Source: a virus. From it: a stretch of DNA of 64,000 nucleotides. Positions 39,179-48,871 of the stretch are shown here, piece by piece. A model generated the notes under the pieces. It made no database searches. It had not been told where the DNA came from and saw nothing but the letters and a program-made list of their open reading frames with translations. How positions within the stretch are numbered: the stretch's first letter is position 1; each line of letters starts with the position of its first letter. The DNA lies in the IMG/VR virus record IMGVR_UViG_3300046003_004989, positions 80,481 to 144,480 of that record, one strand, 5' to 3'. The translations under genes and the position numbers were made by a program.

Positions 39179-40477
39179 TTATATTGTTGAGTTTACAATA
39201 GTGTCTGTTTCTAGTAGTCGCATATATGTGTAGTCTATACGATAGAGACATCTACTGTTTTTACCTGTACCGTTACGTACTTTCAGGATTTTTAACCAAT
39301 ACTCGTTATTCATGTGCATTGATGAATCTTGAATGATACCGTAAATGATATCGGCAGTGTGTGATAAACCGGCAGATTCTGCGATATGTCCCATTGTTAA
39401 TTCAGTTGAGTCATATCCACCACGGTTAATTTGAGTTGCGGTGATAACTACCCATTCGTTTCGAACAGCCATAGCTCGAAGATCTTCTGCAATTTGCTTG
39501 ATCTTCATATATGTGTTTTCAGTGTTGGGATTTCTGTGATTAGCTAAGATGTTAATGTAGTCAATAACAATTGCTTTCAACTTAATTCCATTTACTGCTT
39601 CCAATTCTTTCAAATAAGATTCAATATCTGGAACTGATGCTTGTGATGTTGGATATTCTTTTACGAAAAGATTTCCTGGTGGAATTACACCATTAGTCAA
39701 TTGGCCTAATCTACTCTTAATAAAGTTAGGTTGTTTTGATAGCTTTTCGTATTCCGAAACTTTAACATTCAATAAGTTAGCACCTATACGATGAATGAAG
39801 TCGATATCCGCCATTTCCGCAGTGATTACTGCTACGTCATAACCTGCTTTAACGTAATTTACGGCATCGTTTGCCAACCAAATAGATTTACCGATGTTTT
39901 GTTCACCTGCATAAACAACTAGGGATTTTGTACGATATCCACCTGTGGATTGATCGATCCAATTATGACCTGTTGTTATTTTGGAATTTGATTCTGGTAT
40001 ATGTGATTCAGCTTCAAAGAAATTCTTACCTAGGTTTTGATTGAAGGTAATTGAATTTCTATCGTTGATAAGGTTTTTAACCGTATTGATGACGTCTTTA
40101 ACATTGTTAGGATTTACTTTTACCGTTTTAACGTATTCAAGAGTATCGATCAATGATCGGTCTAATGATTTCCAAAGAATCCATGATTGACAAGTTTCTT
40201 GTACCCATTCTGAATCATAAGCACTTATTGGTTCGTCAAACACTAAGTCAATGACTGAATCAGTGACTTTTTCTTTGAATTTTTCTTGTTTGGAAACTAT
40301 TTTAAGCTGTTCTTCTGAAGGGACTTGATTGAATCTATCATAGAATTGCTTGGTGATTGTATGTAAAGTTCCGATCTGATCATTCTCGTAAAATGAGTCA
40401 TTTATGTTTTTGAGGTATTTTGGATTTTCTCTCGTATAGAGATAGAAGACTTTTTCAAATTCTGCGGAACCTATCAT
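39179..40477 (-). CDS. gp41: Replicative DNA helicase (DnaB-like)
   Basis: AGEQNIGKS, ITAEM, VKEYPT, IDYINI, TATQINRGG, AES. Confidence 0.93.
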   Translation of the reverse strand: MIGSAEFEKVFYLYTRENPKYLKNINDSFYENDQIGTLHTITKQFYDRFNQVPSEEQLKIVSKQEKFKEKVTDSVIDLVFDEPISAYDSEWVQETCQSWILWKSLDRSLIDTLEYVKTVKVNPNNVKDVINTVKNLINDRNSITFNQNLGKNFFEAESHIPESNSKITTGHNWIDQSTGGYRTKSLVVYAGEQNIGKSIWLANDAVNYVKAGYDVAVITAEMADIDFIHRIGANLLNVKVSEYEKLSKQPNFIKSRLGQLTNGVIPPGNLFVKEYPTSQASVPDIESYLKELEAVNGIKLKAIVIDYINILANHRNPNTENTYMKIKQIAEDLRAMAVRNEWVVITATQINRGGYDSTELTMGHIAESAGLSHTADIIYGIIQDSSMHMNNEYWLKILKVRNGTGKNSRCLYRIDYTYMRLLETDTIVNSTI

Positions 40478-40487
40478 GTTTATTTTT

Positions 40488-40829
40488 TTATATGAGTTCT
40501 TTACTATTTAGTATTTCGTAGTATGTGGTAAAACGTGTATTTTTAACTACTTTGATTGTGTCAGAAGCGAGAAGAGATTCGAGAAGACTTTTAGTCGTCT
40601 TCTCGTCTCCGTTTAATTTCTCTTTAAGAACAACGTCAGTAAAACAAGTATTGCCGGTTTCATCAACCGCTCGATATTCATGAATGAAGTGCTTACCACC
40701 TTCATTATAGAACCAATTCGACATCAAATAGACGAAGTCTTCAGTTGTCGGATATCCTGGTTCATCTCTAAATGAGCCTATCAAATACTTGATTTTGATA
40801 TTGTTGTTATTCATCTTCGTCATTTCCAA
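40488..40829 (-). CDS. Hypothetical protein
   Basis: ORF between uvsX and gp41 (the gp40 position in T4). Confidence 0.6.
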   Translation of the reverse strand: MEMTKMNNNNIKIKYLIGSFRDEPGYPTTEDFVYLMSNWFYNEGGKHFIHEYRAVDETGNTCFTDVVLKEKLNGDEKTTKSLLESLLASDTIKVVKNTRFTTYYEILNSKELI

Positions 40830-41994
40830 TTAAGAATTGTTCAACTTCTTCGGCTTCATTAGCATCGATACCATAGCTGAACTTCGCTTTAATTTTCTTA
40901 TCGTTGATTTGTGAAAGAACATCATGATTGAATACTTCAGCAGTGAATAATTCATAAGGAGAAACTCCTCTGCCTAAGTGTTTTACGATGAAGTTACGAG
41001 CTGTTTCTTTCCCAACGAAATATTTAGTCTCACCTTCAACTTGGAATGGATGAGCACTTGCTTGATCTTTCTCAGATAGCTTATCATAATCTTTCTGATT
41101 AATGATATTACCTTTTTGAATTCCACAAGTTTCCCAATCGATGTATTCTTCCATACCGATGTAAGGATTCATACCTCTGTCCCAACGAATATGGAACTTG
41201 ATTGGAATAGGTTTACCGAAACGATTTTTCAAAGTCTTAACCGAGACAATGATACCTGTTTGAACTGTACCTTCTTTAATTTGAGCTTTTGAAAGAGCTA
41301 GAATTACAGAAGCAGAATAAACAAGACCTCCACCACCTGAAAGGTTAATCGTCGGGAACATACCAGTAGATGCGTATGTGTGATTGGTGAATAGGAATGG
41401 TATTCCAAGACCTGTTAAATCGGAAGTGATAATACGGAATAGTGAACGAACCATTTTAGCACGAGTCATATCGGCTGCTGTGTTTCCACTTTGTGCATCA
41501 TCAATTTCTTTCGTAGTTGCAAGCATCCCTAATGAATCTAAACAGATTGCAATTTTAGGAGTTTTGAAACCTTTCTCTTTAGCTTCCATCATTCTCTTAC
41601 AAAGAGTTGTAATAGATGTACGGAATCTAGCAAGGTCAGACATCGGTTGATGATCGAAACGATCTGGATCAACACCAAAGTTTTGAATGTTATCCACGTC
41701 TACAGCACCTTCTGTATCATAATAGATGACATAATAACCTTTAGCTTGTAATTCTCGACACATATTTAGCATCAAGAAAGTCTTTCCTGTACCTGATTCA
41801 CCTGCTAAACAGATAGTACGGTTGTTTGGAATACCACCAAATAGATCTCCAGAGAATACCGCATTTAAGTGATAGTTACCTGTGTCAATCCACTCGGTGA
41901 TTTTTGAGAAGTCATTTTTACTAATGACATCTCCAAAAGGGTTGATTTTCTTTAACTCCTTTTGTAGTTCTAGGATTGAATACTCTTTACTCAT
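40807..41994 (-). CDS. uvsX: RecA-like recombinase
   Basis: DTGNY.LN, AGESGTGKT, YDTE, DSLGML, DMTRAK, NHTY, SGGGG. Confidence 0.95.
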   Translation of the reverse strand: MSKEYSILELQKELKKINPFGDVISKNDFSKITEWIDTGNYHLNAVFSGDLFGGIPNNRTICLAGESGTGKTFLMLNMCRELQAKGYYVIYYDTEGAVDVDNIQNFGVDPDRFDHQPMSDLARFRTSITTLCKRMMEAKEKGFKTPKIAICLDSLGMLATTKEIDDAQSGNTAADMTRAKMVRSLFRIITSDLTGLGIPFLFTNHTYASTGMFPTINLSGGGGLVYSASVILALSKAQIKEGTVQTGIIVSVKTLKNRFGKPIPIKFHIRWDRGMNPYIGMEEYIDWETCGIQKGNIINQKDYDKLSEKDQASAHPFQVEGETKYFVGKETARNFIVKHLGRGVSPYELFTAEVFNHDVLSQINDKKIKAKFSYGIDANEAEEVEQFLIGNDEDE

Positions 41995-42024
41995 TTTTAC
42001 TTACTTTTTTTCTTTAGTTGTTAT

Positions 42025-43221
42025 TTAGAATAGTCCACCAACCGTATAAGCGAGAGAAGGATGCAAAGGTGGCAAGCCTGCTGGTACGATAATTCGGTTA
42101 AGAGGATCTAAAATTGTTTTTTGGAATTGAACTTCGAGATTCATTTTTGGTGCAAATTCAATTGGATAATTTCCAGCTTTATAAGCGAAAACATCACAAA
42201 ATTGATCAGATGAATGATACCATTTTACTTTGTCACCACCACGAATAAGTTCATATTTACCTTTCAATCTATCTTCTTGATTAAGTAGATAGTTATGATA
42301 ACCACCTGCTCGAACATGGATAGGTGTTCCTGATTTCAATTCTAATCTATCTTGGTCATTTAAGATAAATTTATTGTATTCAGATATACCACGAGTCATC
42401 GAGATTTTTTCGATATTGGAAAGCTTGAATTCAGTTTTGATTTCTTTAATTAGCTTAACCAAATCTTGATTGTCTTTTGATGTGATTTTTGTTTTCGAAA
42501 AGATGTACTTTACGGCATCAATTAACTTTTGTCTACAGAAAGGTGGTGTAGACGATTGGATAATTTCTAGTCCTGTAGTTTTGATGTATGTTAGATTGTC
42601 ATAATCTTTACCATCTTTCCAAATGATATTTTGAATGTATTTCTTTTTAGCTACCCAAATAGCATTCTCTGCAATTGTTTCTAACTCGAAATCTAAGTGA
42701 TTATCTGTGTGTCTAGATTCTGCATAATCATCAAGTACTTTCTTAATATAAGCAGCTAAACGATTTGCATTTAGAGTTAAAACGAATTCCTTTACAGTTC
42801 CTTGCCAATTAACAGCTTCCATTACTTCTTCAAAAATTAAGTAACCTGAATCAGTATCGGTATATTTCCATACTTGACCTTTGATAGGACGAACTTCCCA
42901 ATCTGGTTTAACGAGTAATTTTTCATGAAGAGCTTTGTCTTTATGAAAGAATTCTTTGAAATATCGATCAACCATTTTTTCGGTGAATCGGATTGCATCT
43001 TGTCCTTGTAAAGTTACAGTTTCAGCGATTGCAATGTTATAGAAGTGAAAATACTCATTGGCGAAGGCACCATAAATTGAGTTAATGATTAATTTGATTG
43101 CTTGCTCTGAAGAATAACATCTCAAAGATTCGGTCTTTAATGCATCAATATCTTCTGGTGATAGAGTAGAAAAGTCTAATTCGTTAATTTTTTCTACTGT
43201 TAGAGAGCTTGTATTAATCAT
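42025..43221 (-). CDS. gp43: DNA polymerase B, C-terminal subunit (gp43B)
   Basis: KLIINSIYGA motif B, YTDTDS motif C, KKKY, GLEI..SSTP. Confidence 0.92.
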   Translation of the reverse strand: MINTSSLTVEKINELDFSTLSPEDIDALKTESLRCYSSEQAIKLIINSIYGAFANEYFHFYNIAIAETVTLQGQDAIRFTEKMVDRYFKEFFHKDKALHEKLLVKPDWEVRPIKGQVWKYTDTDSGYLIFEEVMEAVNWQGTVKEFVLTLNANRLAAYIKKVLDDYAESRHTDNHLDFELETIAENAIWVAKKKYIQNIIWKDGKDYDNLTYIKTTGLEIIQSSTPPFCRQKLIDAVKYIFSKTKITSKDNQDLVKLIKEIKTEFKLSNIEKISMTRGISEYNKFILNDQDRLELKSGTPIHVRAGGYHNYLLNQEDRLKGKYELIRGGDKVKWYHSSDQFCDVFAYKAGNYPIEFAPKMNLEVQFQKTILDPLNRIIVPAGLPPLHPSLAYTVGGLF

Positions 43222-43390
43222 GTTTTTCTATTTTATGAGCTTCTAATAATTCTTCGATTGTATCATAAGTCTCTAGAGTTTTCATCTTTGATCTATCGTT
43301 TAGATAGAGACCTTGTTCTGATCTTTCGAAAGCATTCCAAGTCTTATCGTATTCATTAAAATGAATGTATTTACTATAGAGTTTGTACAT
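43214..43390 (-). CDS. Small protein (58 aa) missed by ORF track
   Basis: Manual translation MYKLYSKYIHFNEYDKTWNAFERSEQGLYLND...; fills the gap exactly. Confidence 0.6.
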   Translation of the reverse strand: MYKLYSKYIHFNEYDKTWNAFERSEQGLYLNDRSKMKTLETYDTIEELLEAHKIEKHD

Positions 43391-43391
43391 A

Positions 43392-44138
43392 TTATTCGGT
43401 GATTGCTAAATTTAAAGCGATTGATGTATTTGATTCTTCGGAAACAAGGATCATTTTGTTTTCACAAACAGAAACGTTATAAGTTTCTTTGTCTACTCTT
43501 TGTAAGAAAGATTTGAAGATAGAAGTTGCTGCATGTGTTTCTTTTTTATTATCGTCAATTACGATATCGAAAGATTCAGAACTAACATGAACACCTGCAG
43601 TATCAGAATAAATTTTGAATAATTCGCTTTTGTCTAAAGTTTGTAGAGAAGTTACTTTAGCGAAGTCTTCAGATGACAATTTAAAGTCATAAAGTTTTGT
43701 AGTTACATCGAATGCTCTGCTTACTTGTTCAGATGTCATTGATGTGAAACCTAAAGAGATGTCTTGACAGTGCAATTCAATTTTCAATTGATTGTCTTTA
43801 AATACGATTTTTTCGGCATAAAGGATGCCATCGTCTTCATCTTTAAATACGTTGATTTCCGCTGATAAATTATGCGGATCAAAATAACCTAAACAAGAAA
43901 GCAACCTTTGTCCTGAAAAGAACGATAACTTAATTGTTTCTGTTTGTGGTTTTTCAAACTGTAATACGTCGTTTACAGGAAGTGAAACTGATTTAACTAC
44001 GTCTTTTGTTGGAGTATAAACATCCGACCAAATACGTTCACCGTCTACGTTTAGATAGACAGAAGTGTCCATAAGTAACATTCTTTTAATCAGAGAAGTT
44101 AAATACGGTACTGATACTTTCTTTACTTGAATTTTCAT
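43392..44138 (-). CDS. gp45: Sliding clamp (gp45-like)
   Basis: 248 aa, two-domain beta/alpha pattern, ends YNVSVC..MILVS..IALN; next to polymerase. Confidence 0.6.
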   Translation of the reverse strand: MKIQVKKVSVPYLTSLIKRMLLMDTSVYLNVDGERIWSDVYTPTKDVVKSVSLPVNDVLQFEKPQTETIKLSFFSGQRLLSCLGYFDPHNLSAEINVFKDEDDGILYAEKIVFKDNQLKIELHCQDISLGFTSMTSEQVSRAFDVTTKLYDFKLSSEDFAKVTSLQTLDKSELFKIYSDTAGVHVSSESFDIVIDDNKKETHAATSIFKSFLQRVDKETYNVSVCENKMILVSEESNTSIALNLAITE

Positions 44139-44177
44139 TTGCTTGATTTAGTTTTGATTATTATATGTGATTTTTGG

Positions 44178-44426
44178 CTATTTGGATACCGATTCAACAA
44201 ACGTATAGCCTTCATTTAGATAGCTATCTAACCAAGTCTGCATGTTGCTTTCACAAATACAGCTTTCATGTTTATATTCCGGTTTTTTCTTATTGGTATG
44301 TCGGACAGTAATAAACCATCCATCGTCTGCCATTCCGAGATCTTCTACGAAGATAATTTCTCTACGGCCTTTCTTTATATGATGCAGGATTTTACCGTCT
44401 ACCTGCTGATAGTCATTATACTTCAT
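44178..44426 (-). CDS. Hypothetical protein
   Basis: ORF in operon. Confidence 0.6.
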   Translation of the reverse strand: MKYNDYQQVDGKILHHIKKGRREIIFVEDLGMADDGWFITVRHTNKKKPEYKHESCICESNMQTWLDSYLNEGYTFVESVSK

Positions 44427-44655
44427 AGTGATTTAATGATTTTACGAAACCTTCGTTAGTTGCTAATCTCATGAAATATCGATAGCTTTCAGGAGTTCCT
44501 TCTATTTGAAATGTATAATAGCCATCAGGATCATCAAATTCTGATAGGACTCTGACTGCATATTTCCAATCGCCTATTTCGTTTAGATGTTCTACATGTC
44601 TTTCAAATTCTTCACGTTCTTCAGGCAAAATGCCTAGATAGTACTCAAATTTCAT
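44416..44655 (-). CDS. Hypothetical protein
   Basis: ORF in operon. Confidence 0.6.
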   Translation of the reverse strand: MKFEYYLGILPEEREEFERHVEHLNEIGDWKYAVRVLSEFDDPDGYYTFQIEGTPESYRYFMRLATNEGFVKSLNHYEV

Positions 44656-45091
44656 TTTTTTCTTGATTTAATTCTGTGATGTAATGTACAAGAGCAAGCC
44701 AAACAGCTTCTTTAGTGGATTTGGAATTAGATGCATTATAATTGCAAACTACTGCTTTATCAGCAGGCCAATTATGATTTATCATATGAGAGATTTCACA
44801 TCTTCTTCCACAAATTTCTATGAAAGGACTATGAGGGTCTTGTTCAATTTTATCAATAACTGACATCAGTTCATTCCAATCGGAATCATACTTAAAAATA
44901 CCTATTCGAGCATATTCGTCTCTAGAATGAGAATAGCTATCGAATTCCCAATGTTCAATAGTTCCTGTTGAATGTGAACCATGTGGCATTTCGTACTCTT
45001 CAGTACGAACAATTCTTCCGCCCATGAACTTAGCGAGAATTTTATTGCCTTCTGTTTTATTAATCTTCGTCATAATGATCTCTCCCTTCAC
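44645..45091 (-). CDS. Hypothetical protein
   Basis: GNKILAKFMG...YDSDWNELMSVIDKIE, a recurrent phage motif. Confidence 0.65.
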   Translation of the reverse strand: MKGEIIMTKINKTEGNKILAKFMGGRIVRTEEYEMPHGSHSTGTIEHWEFDSYSHSRDEYARIGIFKYDSDWNELMSVIDKIEQDPHSPFIEICGRRCEISHMINHNWPADKAVVCNYNASNSKSTKEAVWLALVHYITELNQEKNEI

Positions 45092-45452
45092 CTGATTTTA
45101 AACGTAGATATTCATCATCTGAATGATCGTCTTCTTCGATTTCAAAACCTTCTTCATCGAATTCATATTCACAACAAGGCCATCTTCTACCTCTACTGTC
45201 GATATTAGCCCATGAAGTTTTTTCTTCATTAGTCCATATCCAATCAACTCCTTCTTTACCATCTTCTTCGTCAGGACTAATTCCTCCTGGCGGATGATAA
45301 TGTTCAGCAACTACTGAGTATTCGTTACATGAACAACCTCGATGAACGCATTCATCACAGAAATAAGGACTGCATCCACTTGAATAACCTGGCATGTATA
45401 TCCAAGTTGCTTTTTGACCACAGTCACATTTTTCGAATTGTTTATCTTCCAT
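45060..45452 (-). CDS. Cys-rich hypothetical protein
   Basis: CDCG..ATWIYMP..CDECV.RGCSCN...PCCEY. Confidence 0.65.
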   Translation of the reverse strand: MEDKQFEKCDCGQKATWIYMPGYSSGCSPYFCDECVHRGCSCNEYSVVAEHYHPPGGISPDEEDGKEGVDWIWTNEEKTSWANIDSRGRRWPCCEYEFDEEGFEIEEDDHSDDEYLRLKSGEGRDHYDED

Positions 45453-45470
45453 AGTCTTTTTATGTCTAAA

Positions 45471-45501
45471 ACAAAAGCGAGATTCAATTAAGAATCTCGC
45501 T
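45471..45501 (-). terminator. Rho-independent terminator
   Basis: AGCGAGATTC-TTAATT-GAATCTCGCT-TTTGTTTT. Confidence 0.75.
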
Positions 45502-45523
45502 AGAGTTGAGTTTCGGGTATTGA

Positions 45524-45880
45524 TTATTTGACGAAACTTCCGTATTCGTCGATTAAGTTTAGTGAATCAAGTAAAGCGTAACCTTCATTTGTAATTTTAA
45601 TTGTACCGAAGTTTAAACCGTCTCTTGACCAATATTTGTTTAGGATTTTATTACCGTCTTTGTCTTTGATAAATTTCTTTTCACCTTCTTGAATATTTAC
45701 TAGACCTTTTTGAACTAGTGAAGAGAAAACACCTGAACGAGTTTTACCAGTGAAAGGGCAACAATCATAAACTGAAAAGTCCCAAAGAATTGAATCTCTT
45801 CCGTTTTCATAAAAATCTGAATGAGTTATCGCTTTTAAACCTTGTAACTCTAAGTCTGTTAAATTTACTGAATTTGTCAT
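45524..45880 (-). CDS. Early protein, possible winged-helix
   Basis: LTDLE...SGVFSSLVQKGLV...ITNEG; monocistronic behind early promoter. Confidence 0.6.
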   Translation of the reverse strand: MTNSVNLTDLELQGLKAITHSDFYENGRDSILWDFSVYDCCPFTGKTRSGVFSSLVQKGLVNIQEGEKKFIKDKDGNKILNKYWSRDGLNFGTIKITNEGYALLDSLNLIDEYGSFVK

Positions 45881-45896
45881 ATTGTTTTAATTTGAT

Positions 45897-45986
45897 TAAT
45901 TTGATATACAAATATAAAACAATAAGTTGATAAAAAAAAATTTCTATCAACTTATTTTCAAAAAAGTTTCAAAAGTTATTAACAAT
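45897..45986 (-). promoter_or_regulatory. Early (host-RNAP) promoter, copy 3
   Basis: Same two boxes; 12-bp inverted repeat AATAAGTTGATA/TATCAACTTATT in spacer. Confidence 0.75.
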
Positions 45987-45987
45987 C

Positions 45988-47844
45988 TTATCCGTCACAA
46001 CTAAGACAATTCTCGTCTAAAGCTTTAGCAGCAATATCACCTCGAAGTACTGATTCGGTTCTCATGTAATACAAAGTTTTGATACCTTGTTTGTAAGCTT
46101 CCATGTGAACTTGATTAATAAATTTAGGAGTTGCTTCAGTTGGAAATGCAAGATTCAGAGAAACCGATTGGTCAATATATTGTTGACGTAAACCTGCTTG
46201 CTTAACTAATTCTAATTGATTTACTTCTTTGAAAGTTTTGAATACTTCTTTAAAAGGAACCAAGTCAGCTTTTTGCATTTCTGTCAGAGTTTCAGCTTTC
46301 TCTGAACTAACTAGGGAATCATCATGGAAGAACCATTCATCTAAGAATTGTAGTCCTTGTACTGAACCTCCATCAATAAGAATTTGATCCCAAACTTCTT
46401 TTTGATTTCTTTTCATTTTTTTCAAGTACTTCTCTAATGTAGGATTTTTACGAATGAATGTTCCTTTAGCAGTTTGTTCAGTGAATACATTAGCTGCCCA
46501 AGGTTCAATACCTGCAGAAACATTTCCACTTAATTTTGAATTTGATACCGTAGGAGCAATTGCTCGTAAGTGAGTATTACGCATACCTGTTCCGATACAC
46601 CAAAGTGGTTCGCCGTATTCTCTTGCCATATCTCTAGAAGCTTGTTCAGATTCTAATTTGATTTGTGAGAATATTTTACGAGTTTCATATTGTGCAAGAA
46701 GACCTTCAAATGGAATTCCTTTCTCTTGTAAGTAAGTATGCCATCCTAGAACACCAAGTCCTAAAGCTCTTCCCTTTTCAGCAGATCTAACGGAATTTTG
46801 GAATCCAGACATGTATTTTGCTTTCTGTATAAATTCTTCTAATACACCATCTAAGAACCAAGTTGAAGTATAGACAAGATCAGTGTCTTTCCATTCATCG
46901 TATTTAGCAAGATTGATAGAAGATAAACAACAAACAAATGAATGTGATTCGTCGGTATGTAAAGTAATTTCCGAACAAATGTTCGTCATGTAAACTTTAA
47001 GACCATTTTGTTTGTATGCTTCTGGATTGTTACGATTAACATTCCCTTTGTACATAATATAAGGTTCGCCTGTTTGACGTCTCTTACGAAGAACTGCTGT
47101 CCATCTTGCTCTTGCTTCTTTATCACCACTTTCAACCTTTTGCATAAATGCATCAGAAATGATTACACATTGGTGTAAATTTAAAGATTGACGATTAACA
47201 TCACCTTTAGGTTCACGAATTTCTAACCATTCCCAGAAGTCACCATGTTCAATGTCAATATTAACTGATGCTGCACCACGTCTAACTGACCCTTGAGAAG
47301 TTGCTAGAATAGTTGAATCGTAAATTTTACAAAACGGAACTACACCATCGGATGTACCGTTATTTTTGATGATTGTACCTGCTTGTCGGATTTGATTGAT
47401 ACCTACTCCAACACCTCCACCATGTTTAGCGAGAAGCATTAATTCAAGGTTTTTTGTACCAATATCGAAAATTGAATCAGCTACATCAATACCAAAACAT
47501 GAGATAGGTAAACCTCTTTCTGTTCCTGTATTAGAAAGTACAGGAGTTGCTAGATTTAACCAACCTTTCCAGATATAATCAAAAAACTTAGAAGCCATTT
47601 CAGGTTTTCCTAGTCTTTTTGCGACTGTTGTACAAACTCTCCAATAGGCATCTTTTGGAGTTTCTCCTTTCATTAAGTAACCTTTACTGATAGTCTTAAC
47701 GTAGATTTCTGTATTTCCCCACGTAGGATAATCAACACCTAATTCCCAACCGAGAGAAGCACCAAAGTGTGTACCTTCAGGCTTTGGGTCTCCATTGTGC
47801 TTAGGTATTTTGTTCGGCTCATCGCCTTCTCTATTTCTAAACAT
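45988..47844 (-). CDS. nrdA: Ribonucleotide reductase class I alpha subunit (no ATP cone)
   Basis: TPVLSN, PISCF, GGGVG, TNICSEI, APT.SNS, TLYY, C-terminal CLSCDG. Confidence 0.95.
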   Translation of the reverse strand: MFRNREGDEPNKIPKHNGDPKPEGTHFGASLGWELGVDYPTWGNTEIYVKTISKGYLMKGETPKDAYWRVCTTVAKRLGKPEMASKFFDYIWKGWLNLATPVLSNTGTERGLPISCFGIDVADSIFDIGTKNLELMLLAKHGGGVGVGINQIRQAGTIIKNNGTSDGVVPFCKIYDSTILATSQGSVRRGAASVNIDIEHGDFWEWLEIREPKGDVNRQSLNLHQCVIISDAFMQKVESGDKEARARWTAVLRKRRQTGEPYIMYKGNVNRNNPEAYKQNGLKVYMTNICSEITLHTDESHSFVCCLSSINLAKYDEWKDTDLVYTSTWFLDGVLEEFIQKAKYMSGFQNSVRSAEKGRALGLGVLGWHTYLQEKGIPFEGLLAQYETRKIFSQIKLESEQASRDMAREYGEPLWCIGTGMRNTHLRAIAPTVSNSKLSGNVSAGIEPWAANVFTEQTAKGTFIRKNPTLEKYLKKMKRNQKEVWDQILIDGGSVQGLQFLDEWFFHDDSLVSSEKAETLTEMQKADLVPFKEVFKTFKEVNQLELVKQAGLRQQYIDQSVSLNLAFPTEATPKFINQVHMEAYKQGIKTLYYMRTESVLRGDIAAKALDENCLSCDG

Positions 47845-47865
47845 ATTTTTATTTTGATTTAATTT

Positions 47866-48870
47866 TTAGTTCCATAAATTGTCATCAGACCAATCTTCAC
47901 CTTCACCAGCTTTAGCATAGTCGGTTGAACGGATTGCAAAGAAGTCTGTGTGAGTAGTTCCTCCTGTAAGATGATCGAACCATTCTAATTGATTAGCTGA
48001 TTCCAAATCAAATTCAAATATCGGTTCATAACCGAGTTCAATTAATTTTTCGTTTGCTCTACGAGAAATGAAATTCTTTACATCGTAAGCTTTTAGATTT
48101 TCGAGATCACCTTGTTCAAACATTCTATCAATGAAATTGTGTTCCATTTGAACCATTAATCTAGCTGCTTCTTCAACATCATATCTAACATCAGCTTTTA
48201 ATTCTGTATATTCGTCACACATATGACGGAATAATTGACAGCCCATTTTAGAGTGAAGTGATTCATCTCTAACAGACCATTTCATTTGTTGCCCTATACC
48301 CTTTAGCATGTTTCTCATTTGGAATGAGTATAAAACAGCGAAAGATGAATAAAGGGAAACACCTTCAGCAAAGCCTGAGAAAATTGCTAAGGATTTTGCG
48401 GCATCTTTTCTAGCTCTATGAGAATTTGCTAGATCTACGTGAGTATAATCTGATTCCGTAGATAGCAAAAATTCAAATTTAGCAGCAATTGTAGGTTCGT
48501 GCATAAATGCAGCGAAGTCTTCCAATCCGAGAGTTTCATTCAGATATGAATAAGCAGTAGCATGGATCGTTTCCTGTGAACCGAAAGCCATTGCCATTTG
48601 TTTAATTTCATGTTTTGGAAACCATTTGGTTACCATACCAGTCCAATAGTCAGATACTGCACATTCAGTTTGAGCAAAACCTAAAAGGATGTTACCTACT
48701 AAATTTCTTTCATGTGGTAAGAGATTTTCTTTCCAATCTTTTACATCACCTTGCATTTGAATTTCTGTATGCAACCAAAATGCTTGCATCTGTTTGAGCC
48801 ATCCTTCATTATAATAGACAGGAAACTCAAACGGTTTGTATTCTATACGTTCTTCGAATAATTTAGCCAT
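47866..48870 (-). CDS. nrdB: Ribonucleotide reductase class I beta subunit
   Basis: ETIHATAY, EGVSLYSSF, RDESLH, DFF..R.TDY. Confidence 0.95.
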   Translation of the reverse strand: MAKLFEERIEYKPFEFPVYYNEGWLKQMQAFWLHTEIQMQGDVKDWKENLLPHERNLVGNILLGFAQTECAVSDYWTGMVTKWFPKHEIKQMAMAFGSQETIHATAYSYLNETLGLEDFAAFMHEPTIAAKFEFLLSTESDYTHVDLANSHRARKDAAKSLAIFSGFAEGVSLYSSFAVLYSFQMRNMLKGIGQQMKWSVRDESLHSKMGCQLFRHMCDEYTELKADVRYDVEEAARLMVQMEHNFIDRMFEQGDLENLKAYDVKNFISRRANEKLIELGYEPIFEFDLESANQLEWFDHLTGGTTHTDFFAIRSTDYAKAGEGEDWSDDNLWN

Positions 48871-48871
48871 T

